Part shown: positions 38,164 to 46,704 of the stretch, in pieces | Layout: each line of letters begins with the position of its first letter | Numbering within the stretch: the stretch's first letter is position 1 | Source of the DNA: Bdellovibrionales bacterium | GTDB taxonomy: Bacteria > Bdellovibrionota > Bdellovibrionia > Bdellovibrionales > DASUEL01 | Reading direction: 5' to 3' | Assembly: GCA_050250255.1 (NCBI GenBank) | Contig: JBFWOZ010000018.1 | Location: 1-54,754, forward strand | DNA length: 54,754 bases | Notes under the pieces: generated by a model | The model's database searches: none | Told to the model about the DNA's origin: nothing | The model's input: only the letters and a program-made list of their open reading frames with translations | Program-made: the position numbers and the translations under genes

Positions 38164-39060
38164 TCACAATTCTCGAATTCTCAACTGATTATGATTACGG
38201 CAGAGTAGTCGTAAATTCTCAGGAGAATGTAATCCACCTAATGAGTAAGGTTGGATGTGATCAATTTCCACTTGAAATTTAGAATCACATTTCTTACCGG
38301 CGTGGTCGTAAGTGCATTTCGCTTGGTCCCTCACCCAAACCTCACGTTTGATCTTCGAAGGAATATGTCGAGTACGCTTACGCAACGTTTCTTCACCGAC
38401 TGAAGAAACGTTGCGTTGAGAAAACGCGGCGGCTTTTTTGAGAGTATTCCGTTTTTTTAAAGCGTCGGTTGCCATTAAATCGATAAGTTCGGCAAAACTA
38501 GGATGAGGATGGATGTGTGAGTAAAGTTTTTTAAGCTCTTCCAGTTTTTCTGTCACCTTCTTTTCCAAGACAACCGTCACTTGAGTTTTATCATCGACAA
38601 GCATACGAATCTTTTCGATAGGTGGAAGGGTTGGAGATTTTTCAACCAAGATCTTTTCACACTCACGACCAGACTTATTTTCAAGGTTTTTAAAGAGCTC
38701 TAGTTTTTCGGCTTTGTCGTAGGTTTTGTTTTGGTATTTCTTTTCCTGATTCAAAAAAGTTTGTGCCTTCGTGACGGTCACAAGATTGAGCGAACCTTCG
38801 GCTAAAGACTTTTTCACTTGAGGCAGCTCCCGAGTCACACGCATCGCCGAAATACGACGATAGGCTGCAGATTCACTGTACTTGAGCTCTTTTACGCAAA
38901 ATTCCATGAGACTGCCATAACCTTTTGTGAGGTGAAGTTTGCGTCGATCCACTTCTTCAAGAAGTTCAATGATTTCTAAATTAAGATTTCGTTCGGCTTG
39001 AGTTTTTGTTAAAAGCACTTCGAGTAACTGATGGTTTGAAAAAGATGAAATTTGAGTCAT
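38164..39060 (-). CDS. HNH endonuclease with a helical N-terminal (DUF222-like) domain
   Basis: GGAGGT RBS before ATG 39060; EVDRRKLHL..GYGSL...YSESAAYRRI; C-terminal RHIP...VWVRD..CTY...C...EIDHI.P...GG....NLRLLCRNHN. Confidence 0.88.
   Translation of the reverse strand: MTQISSFSNHQLLEVLLTKTQAERNLNLEIIELLEEVDRRKLHLTKGYGSLMEFCVKELKYSESAAYRRISAMRVTRELPQVKKSLAEGSLNLVTVTKAQTFLNQEKKYQNKTYDKAEKLELFKNLENKSGRECEKILVEKSPTLPPIEKIRMLVDDKTQVTVVLEKKVTEKLEELKKLYSHIHPHPSFAELIDLMATDALKKRNTLKKAAAFSQRNVSSVGEETLRKRTRHIPSKIKREVWVRDQAKCTYDHAGKKCDSKFQVEIDHIQPYSLGGLHSPENLRLLCRNHNQLRIREL
38380..38416. repeat. Perfect 16-bp inverted repeat inside the HNH gene
   Basis: ACGCAACGTTTCTTCA-CCGAC-TGAAGAAACGTTGCGT. Confidence 0.9.
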
Positions 39061-39335
39061 AAAGACCTCCGTTTTCAAACATATTAACATGACTTTTAAA
39101 TCTTAAAATATAGAGTTTACTTGAGTTGAGCAGGAAGATGATCCACTAATGATGGAGCCTCTTGAACATAAAATTTGCGTACTTTAAAAGCCAAATGTGA
39201 AAGAATAAGACTTGTTTAGACGAGACTTTTTGCATTAAGGATTTTTTCATTTTCCGATCTCAAACGCTGTCAAGCACTGCTTATAAATTCACAAAAAATA
39301 TTTATCAGAATTTTTGATAAATTAAAACGCATCAT

Positions 39336-39354
39336 TTCTTCACCTGGTGAAGAA
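39336..39354. promoter_or_regulatory. Palindrome upstream of the HNH gene (candidate binding site)
   Basis: TTCTTCACC-T-GGTGAAGAA, the same core as the intragenic repeat. A second dyad ATTTATCA-N7-TGATAAAT lies at 39300-39322. Confidence 0.6.
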
Positions 39355-39503
39355 GCCTCGTGTTAAAAAACGAGTTTTGCAAGGGAGACGACGATAAGAA
39401 ACAATCGTTCCAAATTAATAGTTAACTTTTGCTCAGCTTGAACAATCTGCTCTGGTACAGCCTTTGAACTCCTTCTAAGGAAGTGACGATCAAGGAGCTA
39501 GCG

Positions 39504-40166
39504 ATGAAGTTAAACTTCCGTGCCGTGTTCATTTTTATCATCTGCTGGACAATTTTGGGCATGTCTCAAAATGAGATATGGGCCGCAGGCAAACGCTGCG
39601 GAATTATCGCAGCCGAGCTTCATCCTGAGCGAACGCAGATGAGCATTTCCTCCCCATCGGCAAGCACAAAAGCTCTTGTGCAAATTTTAAATGAAAAGGG
39701 TTGCTCCGGTTGTAAGGTTTTAGATTACGGTGCAGGCAATGGTCGCAACTCTCTTTACTTAGATCAGAATGGACTTCAGGTTACAAGTTACGAACCTTTT
39801 CCTAACAAATCCCCAATCTTTCCCACGACAACAAAAATCAATCGAAAAACAAAGTACGAAGCAATTTTAAGCAGTTTTGTTTTTAACGTTCTACCACGAC
39901 TCGCAAGACAAACACTTGCGAAAGAAATCGATCAACTTCAATGGTCAATGCTTTTGATTGAAGCGCGTGCACCTGGCGAAATCGATGCCGCCGCGAAAAA
40001 AGGTAAATGGAAAAAACACGAAAACGGATATTTGAGTAGCGTTACTAAGCAGACTTTTCAAGTGGGTCTTACACCAGAAGATCTTTTGGCGCTTCCGATT
40101 CGTCACAAATCGATTGAGGTTGTGGATGCTCTATTAAATCGAACCTTCGTGATCTTCCATCGGTAA
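39504..40166 (+). CDS. Class I SAM-dependent methyltransferase with an N-terminal signal/TM segment
   Basis: AAGGAG RBS; hydrophobic leader; VLDYGAGNGRN, YEP, YEAILSSFVFNV, TFQ. Confidence 0.75.
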   Translation: MKLNFRAVFIFIICWTILGMSQNEIWAAGKRCGIIAAELHPERTQMSISSPSASTKALVQILNEKGCSGCKVLDYGAGNGRNSLYLDQNGLQVTSYEPFPNKSPIFPTTTKINRKTKYEAILSSFVFNVLPRLARQTLAKEIDQLQWSMLLIEARAPGEIDAAAKKGKWKKHENGYLSSVTKQTFQVGLTPEDLLALPIRHKSIEVVDALLNRTFVIFHR

Positions 40167-42551
40167 CGAAACACTGTCGTCATTCTTCGACCAGAATTCC
40201 CGCACATCCTCAAGGATCTGGCGGGAGATCATCTCGCGGACGTCGAGGTCGAACCAGTCGGCGGGCATGGACTTCGAATAGCTTTCTTCGACAAATCTTC
40301 CATCCATTAAAATAATCACGCCGTGATCGGTTTCGGAGCGTATCACGCGACCTGCGGCTTGAACGGCTTTGGCCATCGCAGGAAATGTGTAGGTGTAATC
40401 AAAGCCTGAAGCGTAGGTCTCTTCGTAATACTCACGCATTTTTTCATGCTCGAGATCAAAGACGGGAAGAGCTGTGCCGACGACAAACGCGCCGATCACC
40501 ATCTTGCCTGGGTAATCGACCCCTTCGGAGAACACGCCACCTTGAACGGCAAAGACGATGGTGGATTCATGTTCGTTCTTTAAAGTTTCTAAAACATTTT
40601 GAATGTGATCTTGCTTCATTCCACGTTCCTGTTTGATGACGGAAAAACCTGGAGGTGGCGTGAACAATCGCAACACACGTTCAAGAAAATCAAAGCTTGG
40701 AAAGAAGGCCAAGTAATTTCCTTTTTTAAGAGAAGTCACTTTGTGGATCACCTCACTGATTCGTGGATAATTCCGCTCACGCTCGGAGTATTTTGAAGAA
40801 ATTTGGGGAATTACAAGGAGCTTGCGCTTGGATTTTGGAAAGGGCGAAGCAAATTCTGCGGTTTTAAGTTTCGCCGAATCAAGACCCATCAGTTGTCTGT
40901 AGTATTCAAAAGGTTTAAGGGTGGCTGAAAAGGCAACGACTTGGTCATAATCTTCGTAATTTGCCTTGAGCATCTCCGAAGCATCACAACACACGATGCG
41001 CACGGTGGCGGGGTGAGGATTAAAGGTCGTGAAAAATTCGCGACGATTGATCGTGATGTATTCTAAAGCGTTTGTGAACTCGGTCCAGTAGTAAGAAAGA
41101 CGTAGAACCACATCGCGAGGCTCAATCTCCACATCGGATTTCAGATAATCTGTGAGGAACGCGCGAAGTTTTTCATCTTGCTCGACGAATCTTAAAACCG
41201 GCGGATCAATGTCACAAGGTTTGGTGCAGTTTTCAGGTCCACAGCTTTTGACCACTTCAATGGAAGATTTTAAAAGTTTTTCGATATTGGGCTGAAATCT
41301 TTTAGGAATGTTCGGAATGTCTTCTCGCATTTTCTCGAGAACACCCACCGAAAGCGACGGCGAATAATAATCCATCGCTCGGCTTGGTAGGTTATGGGCT
41401 TCATCAATGATGAGATTGGGCTTACCAACTTGATCGAGTGTACATCCAGCAATTCGACCAAAAGCCGAGCGCGGAGCAAACACATAATTGTAATCGCAGA
41501 TCACGAGATCCGCATCGTCGGCAGCATCAAGCTGAATTTCAAATGGACAGACTTCGGCTTCGCTCGCAATTTTTTTAAACACTCGTGAGGTGAGTTTCTT
41601 TTTCTTCGAAAGTTTTTCGAGCACTTTGTTCTGCGCCATTTTAGTATAGTGATCTTTGGCATACTCACAATAATCAGGATTGCAGATAGGCTCGTTTTTA
41701 AAACACATTTTACTCTTCGCGGTCAGAGTCATCGATTTGATCTTCGCACCAGATTCCGCGAGACGATCGGCGGCTTCTTCAGCCACTTGATGTTGGCTGT
41801 TTTTAGGAGTGATGTAGATCGCACGTTGTCCACGTGCGAGAGCTTCTTTAAAAGTGGGGTAGAGCACTCCAACGGTTTTTCCTAAGCCCGTGGGAGCTTG
41901 CAAAAGCATGGGATGATTTTCTTCCATGCCTTTTTCGATGGTTTGAATGAGCTCCATCTGACCATCACGCGGGACCGGAAAGGGAAATTCCAAATCCTTC
42001 GAGGATTTTCTTCGGCGAAGTGCGCGTTCTTCAGCTCGTTCGGCCTCTCCGGCGATTTCGGCAAGTCTGCGATCGAGCCAGTTTTTGTACTCCTCTAAAT
42101 CCATCTTCACTGTGTAATCAAAAGAGTCTCCGTTGCGAGAAGAAATCAAGTGGAGACTTAATTCTGGAAGTTTTTGAGTTTTCAAAAAATGAAAATAGCC
42201 GTAGGTCTTTACTTGTAAACAATAGGGATGCTCGGGGTCACTTTTAAGTCTTCGGAAAAGTTCGTAAGCATTAAAGCTCGATTTTATTTCTTCAATGCGC
42301 GGAATAGGATCGTCAAAAAAACCATCCATGCGTCCGCTCACTTCGAGCAAGTATTCACCTAATTCAAATTCGTGAGAGATGAATGTTTCCGCTTTGTAAG
42401 TGGAAGTTTCTTTCTCGCGTTGATGTTGTACGATCTGATGTAACTCAAGACCTTTTTGCGAAGCGCGGCCGAGACCCGACATCGCCTCGATGCTGCCTCG
42501 GAGAGGAGAAGGAACCGCAAAATCTCGTACGCTTAAGAGAATCTTCTTCAT
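40134..42551 (-). CDS. PD-(D/E)XK nuclease fused to an Fe-S DinG/XPD-family DNA helicase
   Basis: N-terminal GLELH...SGRMDG...IEEIKS...QVKTY; APTGLGKT; four-Cys cluster ending CPFE; DEAHNL; SATL; QAAGRVIR. Confidence 0.9.
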   Translation of the reverse strand: MKKILLSVRDFAVPSPLRGSIEAMSGLGRASQKGLELHQIVQHQREKETSTYKAETFISHEFELGEYLLEVSGRMDGFFDDPIPRIEEIKSSFNAYELFRRLKSDPEHPYCLQVKTYGYFHFLKTQKLPELSLHLISSRNGDSFDYTVKMDLEEYKNWLDRRLAEIAGEAERAEERALRRRKSSKDLEFPFPVPRDGQMELIQTIEKGMEENHPMLLQAPTGLGKTVGVLYPTFKEALARGQRAIYITPKNSQHQVAEEAADRLAESGAKIKSMTLTAKSKMCFKNEPICNPDYCEYAKDHYTKMAQNKVLEKLSKKKKLTSRVFKKIASEAEVCPFEIQLDAADDADLVICDYNYVFAPRSAFGRIAGCTLDQVGKPNLIIDEAHNLPSRAMDYYSPSLSVGVLEKMREDIPNIPKRFQPNIEKLLKSSIEVVKSCGPENCTKPCDIDPPVLRFVEQDEKLRAFLTDYLKSDVEIEPRDVVLRLSYYWTEFTNALEYITINRREFFTTFNPHPATVRIVCCDASEMLKANYEDYDQVVAFSATLKPFEYYRQLMGLDSAKLKTAEFASPFPKSKRKLLVIPQISSKYSERERNYPRISEVIHKVTSLKKGNYLAFFPSFDFLERVLRLFTPPPGFSVIKQERGMKQDHIQNVLETLKNEHESTIVFAVQGGVFSEGVDYPGKMVIGAFVVGTALPVFDLEHEKMREYYEETYASGFDYTYTFPAMAKAVQAAGRVIRSETDHGVIILMDGRFVEESYSKSMPADWFDLDVREMISRQILEDVREFWSKNDDSVSLPMEDHEGSI

Positions 42552-42558
42552 CGCGTCC

Positions 42559-43566
42559 TTAAAAAAGCATCATCTGGTTAGGGTTTTCGGGAATCAAAGC
42601 TTCTTCAGGAAAAGCATCCAGTCCAAAAGATTTTAAATGTTTCACCAAAGCTCCGTTTCCACGGTGTTGAACGTACACGCGTTTTGCGCCGGTGTCTTTC
42701 ACCGTCTGCAAAAGGTCGTTCCAATCAGCGTGGTCAGAAAGTACGAAACCATGATCAAAGCCGTACGCGTTTCTTGCCATCCATCCGGACGCAAAAGCGG
42801 TTTTGAATTTGGGACCTAATACTTGCGCTTGAGGAGATTTAAGAAATGTTTGGGGAGCTAATATTAAAGCTCCTTCGAGACGGTCATGCTCTGATAGGTT
42901 ACTCAAGCATCTATTTGTTGCGAGCTTAACGCCTTGAGCTCGGTAGCAATCGTTCAAATCTCCCGCAGCAGAATGACAATAGATTTTTATTTGGGATTGT
43001 TCTTTTGAAGCGTAAGGCTCCAGGAGTCCGAGAACACGTTGAGTTTTCCCTAAAGAATAGGCAAAGACGATGCTGTTGTAACCCGCGCGTGCATTGTCTT
43101 GCCACCAGCTCCAGATCTCGAAACCCATATTTTCGTTTTTAGGCCAGGCGTACCCTGGGGTTCCAAATGTGGCTTCGGTGACAAATACATCACACGGAAC
43201 AACTTCGAAAGGTTCGCAAGTAGGATCGGACTCACGTTTGTAATCACCGGATGCCACCCATACTTCACCATTATATTCGAGGCGCACTTGAGCCGAACCT
43301 AAAATGTGGCCCGCAGGATGAAACGAAACTTTCACATCGCGCATGAAAAATGTTTGGTTGTAGGGAATCGCGTGAACAGAAATTTTCTTACCTAGTCTCG
43401 ATTTTAAAAGATCCGCTCCCGAAAAAGTGCAGTAGTATTGCTTGCTCCCTCGACGAGCATGATCGCTATGGGCATGTGTGACCACGGCGTTGTCCACCGC
43501 ACCCGAGGGATCGATATAGAAATTTCCCGCAGGACAATAAAGCCCCTGCCTTGTTTTTATGAGCAT
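42559..43566 (-). CDS. Ligase-associated DNA damage response exonuclease (MBL/beta-CASP)
   Basis: GLYCPAGNFYIDP, THAHSDHA, AGHILGSAQ, TEATFG, AYSLGKTQR, ASGWM, LSDHADW. Confidence 0.9.
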   Translation of the reverse strand: MLIKTRQGLYCPAGNFYIDPSGAVDNAVVTHAHSDHARRGSKQYYCTFSGADLLKSRLGKKISVHAIPYNQTFFMRDVKVSFHPAGHILGSAQVRLEYNGEVWVASGDYKRESDPTCEPFEVVPCDVFVTEATFGTPGYAWPKNENMGFEIWSWWQDNARAGYNSIVFAYSLGKTQRVLGLLEPYASKEQSQIKIYCHSAAGDLNDCYRAQGVKLATNRCLSNLSEHDRLEGALILAPQTFLKSPQAQVLGPKFKTAFASGWMARNAYGFDHGFVLSDHADWNDLLQTVKDTGAKRVYVQHRGNGALVKHLKSFGLDAFPEEALIPENPNQMMLF

Positions 43567-43572
43567 AGTGAA

Positions 43573-44010
43573 TTACTTCATCAACACTTCAACAGAAGGC
43601 TCTTCGCTTTCTGCGATGGTCGTGATTTGAAGATTTTTGTTTTTTAATTCATGAGCTTTGACTTTAAGCGTGAGCGGAGACGCCATGTCATCGGTTTTTT
43701 GTTCGCACTCTGCAAACTCGTCGCTGACTTTCCATTTACATTTGGAAACGTAACGATTTTCTTCTTTTAAGACTTCACATTTCTCGTCATTGAAAGTTTG
43801 CACTTTCCAGATCAACTCTTCGCCCTGAAGAGTGTAAGTCGTACGAAGTTTTTTGGCGGTCGCTTTTTGTGAACCAATCCCATCAATCATTTTATGACAA
43901 GCGGCTTTCCATTCAGTTCCTTCAAGAAGCTTGATATTGGGATCAGCGATTGCCGAAGAAGCGAAAAGGGAGAGGCAAAGATTGAAAAGAGAAAAACGCA
44001 ATGTCTTCAT
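43573..44010 (-). CDS. Secreted hypothetical protein (beta-rich, four Cys in the mature part)
   Basis: Signal peptide from ATG 44010 ending AIA; LEGTEW motif typical of lipocalin-like starts. Confidence 0.65.
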   Translation of the reverse strand: MKTLRFSLFNLCLSLFASSAIADPNIKLLEGTEWKAACHKMIDGIGSQKATAKKLRTTYTLQGEELIWKVQTFNDEKCEVLKEENRYVSKCKWKVSDEFAECEQKTDDMASPLTLKVKAHELKNKNLQITTIAESEEPSVEVLMK

Positions 44011-44109
44011 TGAGCTAAAATAGAACACTCCCCCTGAGAAATCGAGAATTAACGCGTTCTGTGATGCGCCGTCGCTTGGAAGCCTCGAGTTATTTGTTAC
44101 CCTCAAGAG

Positions 44110-44538
44110 GTGCAAAAAGCTCTCGATTCGATCTCTTTCTTTTTTAGACCAGCCCCCTTATTCGCTATAGCGCTTATGGCACTCAACGATCACTTTCTGA
44201 AGGCGGCTTACCCAGGATTAGTCACCGGAAAGCTCAGTGACTTTGCGGGTGTGTTTTACTTCCCGATCTTCTTTTGTGCGGTCATTTTGTTTTTTCAAAC
44301 GTTGTTGACGGGTCGAGCACGTAAGCTGAGCCTCGCTTTGATTCTTATCAGTATTTTTGTAACTGATGACATCATGGTCGCTTTAAAGTTGGTTCCCGAA
44401 TTCTCAAAGGCCTTGGAATTTTTTTTTGCAACCTACTTATTTGAAATTCGAATTACAAATGATCCATGGGATCTTCTCGCGCTCAGCATGAATTGCTTTA
44501 GTTTTCTTTATTTAAAAAAATGGAGTGATCAGGCATGA
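44110..44538 (+). CDS. Conserved hypothetical membrane protein
   Basis: LNDHFLK...TGKLSDFAG...DPWDLLAL motif; three to four TM segments. Confidence 0.7.
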   Translation: MQKALDSISFFFRPAPLFAIALMALNDHFLKAAYPGLVTGKLSDFAGVFYFPIFFCAVILFFQTLLTGRARKLSLALILISIFVTDDIMVALKLVPEFSKALEFFFATYLFEIRITNDPWDLLALSMNCFSFLYLKKWSDQA

Positions 44539-45239
44539 AACGACAAATATTTACGATGGGTGGAGGAGGGTTCCTTGAAGAGCCTGAGAATCCATTACTC
44601 GATACATTCTTTATTGGTTTAGCAAACAAAAGTAAGCCAAAAGTTTGTTTCGTTGGTACGGCGAGTGGCGATGCCGCCTCCTTTCATGACAAATTTTATC
44701 AAGCAATGTCGAAGTATCCGGTGGAGGCTTCACACTTGTCTCTTTTTAAACCTCCTGCTGGTTCACTCAGAGATTATGTTTTATCGAAAGATGTTGTTTA
44801 TGTCGGCGGTGGCAACACACGAAACTTGATGGTGCTTTGGCGTGAGTGGGGTCTGGATGTGATTTTGCGTGAAGCCTATGAAAAGGGAATTGTTCTGGGT
44901 GGTATTTCCGCAGGCTCGCTTTGTTGGTACGAGCAAGGTGTGACAGATTCTATTACGGGTCAGCTCACGAAGTTAGACTGTTTAGGGTTTCTTAAGGGAA
45001 GTAACTGCCCTCACTATTACGAAGAACCTGGACGCAGACCTGCTTACCAAAAATTAATTGCAGAAGGCCTGAAGCCTGGCTTGGGTTGTGACGATGGCGT
45101 CGCTGGATATTTTGTGAATGGAGATCTTGTAGAGTGCGTCTCTTCACGGCCGGATATGATGGCCTATAAAGTCTCTTTACAAGCAGGGAAAATTGTTGAG
45201 ACGTCGATCAAGCCAAGATACTTAGGAGCTAAAAGCTAG
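44535..45239 (+). CDS. Peptidase E family (S51) serine peptidase
   Basis: GGGGF, TASGD, YVGGGNT, GISAGS, CPHY. Confidence 0.9.
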   Translation: MKRQIFTMGGGGFLEEPENPLLDTFFIGLANKSKPKVCFVGTASGDAASFHDKFYQAMSKYPVEASHLSLFKPPAGSLRDYVLSKDVVYVGGGNTRNLMVLWREWGLDVILREAYEKGIVLGGISAGSLCWYEQGVTDSITGQLTKLDCLGFLKGSNCPHYYEEPGRRPAYQKLIAEGLKPGLGCDDGVAGYFVNGDLVECVSSRPDMMAYKVSLQAGKIVETSIKPRYLGAKS

Positions 45240-45313
45240 ATGGAACAGACAATGGCATGCCTGAGCTTCGTCCTGGATAGACAAAATTTCTTCATCTTGA
45301 TAAGTATCATTCT

Positions 45314-45853
45314 ATGAAAGCACAAGACATCATTCAATTTTGGTTTCATGAGATTGACCGTAAAAAATGGTTTCAGTCGAGTCCCGAGTTTGATCAACAA
45401 ATTCGTGATCGTTTTCTGAAAACCTTCCATCAAGTACAGAATGGCAGTACCTCTCAGTGGCGCGAAACTCCCGAAGGTCGCTTAGCCGAGATCATTGTCT
45501 TAGATCAATTTTCACGAAACATGTTTCGAGATAAGCCAGAGGCCTTTGCCGCTGATCCTTTAGCGCTTGAGCTTGCGAAAGCTGCGGTTACTGCAGGTGA
45601 TGATATGAAGTTGCCTGTAGAGCAACGAGGTTTTCTCTACATGCCTTACATGCATAGTGAGAACGCGGATGATCATATTGCTGCGATGAAGCTTTTCTCA
45701 CAAAAAGGTTTGGAAAATAATTATCAATATGAACTTCTTCACAAAAAAATCATCGACCGCTTTGGTCGTTACCCTCACCGAAATCAAGTTCTCGGTCGAA
45801 AATCCACCCCTGAAGAGTTGGAGTTTTTAAAAGAGAAAAATTCCTCTTTTTAG
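45314..45853 (+). CDS. DUF924 family protein
   Basis: FWF...WF...FD, LDQFSRNMFR, FLYMPYMHSE, RFGRYPHRN..LGR.ST.EE. Confidence 0.92.
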   Translation: MKAQDIIQFWFHEIDRKKWFQSSPEFDQQIRDRFLKTFHQVQNGSTSQWRETPEGRLAEIIVLDQFSRNMFRDKPEAFAADPLALELAKAAVTAGDDMKLPVEQRGFLYMPYMHSENADDHIAAMKLFSQKGLENNYQYELLHKKIIDRFGRYPHRNQVLGRKSTPEELEFLKEKNSSF

Positions 45854-45857
45854 ATTT

Positions 45858-46361
45858 ATGGAATTAAGACGACTTACTTCAAAAGATTTAGACAGTTACT
45901 TTGCGAACCGCCTTCGCGCTCTTCAAAACGCACCGTCTGCGTTTTTAACGACCTACGAGGAGGAAAAGGCCGGTGGTAATGTATTCTTTAAAGAAACCTT
46001 GGCTCATGATGGTAACCAAAAAGCGATTTTTGGTGCAGTTGTCGACGGCGTTGTTGTAGGCACAATAGGAATTTACCGAGAGGAAAGACCAAAGGTTTCT
46101 CATAAAGCCATGATTTGGGGAATGTACGTCGATACCAAACACAGAAATAAGAAAATCGCCGGCAAGCTTCTCGATCTCGCAATCGATTTTGCCAAAAACG
46201 ATATGAAGGTCGAAGTTGTTGGATTGTCTGTAGAATCAGGGAATGAAAGCGCCAAACAACTCTATGAATCTCGTGGTTTCAAAACTTGGGGAGTCGAACC
46301 AAAGGCGATGAAATCAGGTACCGACTTCTTCGACGAAGTTCATATGGTTTTGTATCTATAG
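45858..46361 (+). CDS. GNAT family N-acetyltransferase
   Basis: IWGMYV...RNKKIA, NESAKQLYESRGF, DEVHM. Confidence 0.9.
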   Translation: MELRRLTSKDLDSYFANRLRALQNAPSAFLTTYEEEKAGGNVFFKETLAHDGNQKAIFGAVVDGVVVGTIGIYREERPKVSHKAMIWGMYVDTKHRNKKIAGKLLDLAIDFAKNDMKVEVVGLSVESGNESAKQLYESRGFKTWGVEPKAMKSGTDFFDEVHMVLYL

Positions 46362-46427
46362 CTTCTCCAGGAGAAGCTCTCGGAATTAAACATCACATAG
46401 CTATTTAAAACGGCCCTAAAAATGCAA

Positions 46428-46457
46428 AAGCGAATCTCGCTTCTGCGAGATTCGCTT
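46428..46457 (-). terminator. 13-bp stem-loop with a U-tract on the minus strand
   Basis: AAGCGAATCTCGC-TTCT-GCGAGATTCGCTT; on the minus strand the GC stem runs into TTTTGCATTTTT. Confidence 0.7.
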
Positions 46458-46497
46458 AAGTTGAGCCTCCTGTCCGAATTAACGGAGGAGGTCCGTC

Positions 46498-46599
46498 ATG
46501 CAAACCAACCATTTGTATGTTCGGCGTTTCTTAGAGCTAGTTAAAGTGATTCTGACGATTTTATGGCTTGTCCTTAAAATTGTTGAAGCCTTGAAATAG
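46498..46599 (+). CDS. 33-aa hydrophobic peptide, candidate type I toxin (below the ORF-track cutoff)
   Basis: GGAGGAGGT SD; MQTNHLYVRRFLELVKVILTILWLVLKIVEALK*; anti-SD CCTCCTGTCCG just upstream. Confidence 0.65.
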   Translation: MQTNHLYVRRFLELVKVILTILWLVLKIVEALK

Positions 46600-46704
46600 T
46601 ATTTGATTCGAAAAGATACTCCAGCGTGTTCAACAGAACCATGGTCGGGGCTGAAAACCTCGGATCTTGGGAGGTCACATGGAGGCGACTCGCAGAAGCA
46701 CTTA

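Noticed and set aside
40134..42551. Cas4-like nuclease plus DinG as a type IV CRISPR component
   Set aside because: No repeat-spacer array or cas genes in the window; this fusion is a widespread stand-alone helicase.
46360..46378. Palindrome AGCTTCTCC-A-GGAGAAGCT after the GNAT stop
   Set aside because: Real but short, with no U-tract or second copy; no function can be supported.
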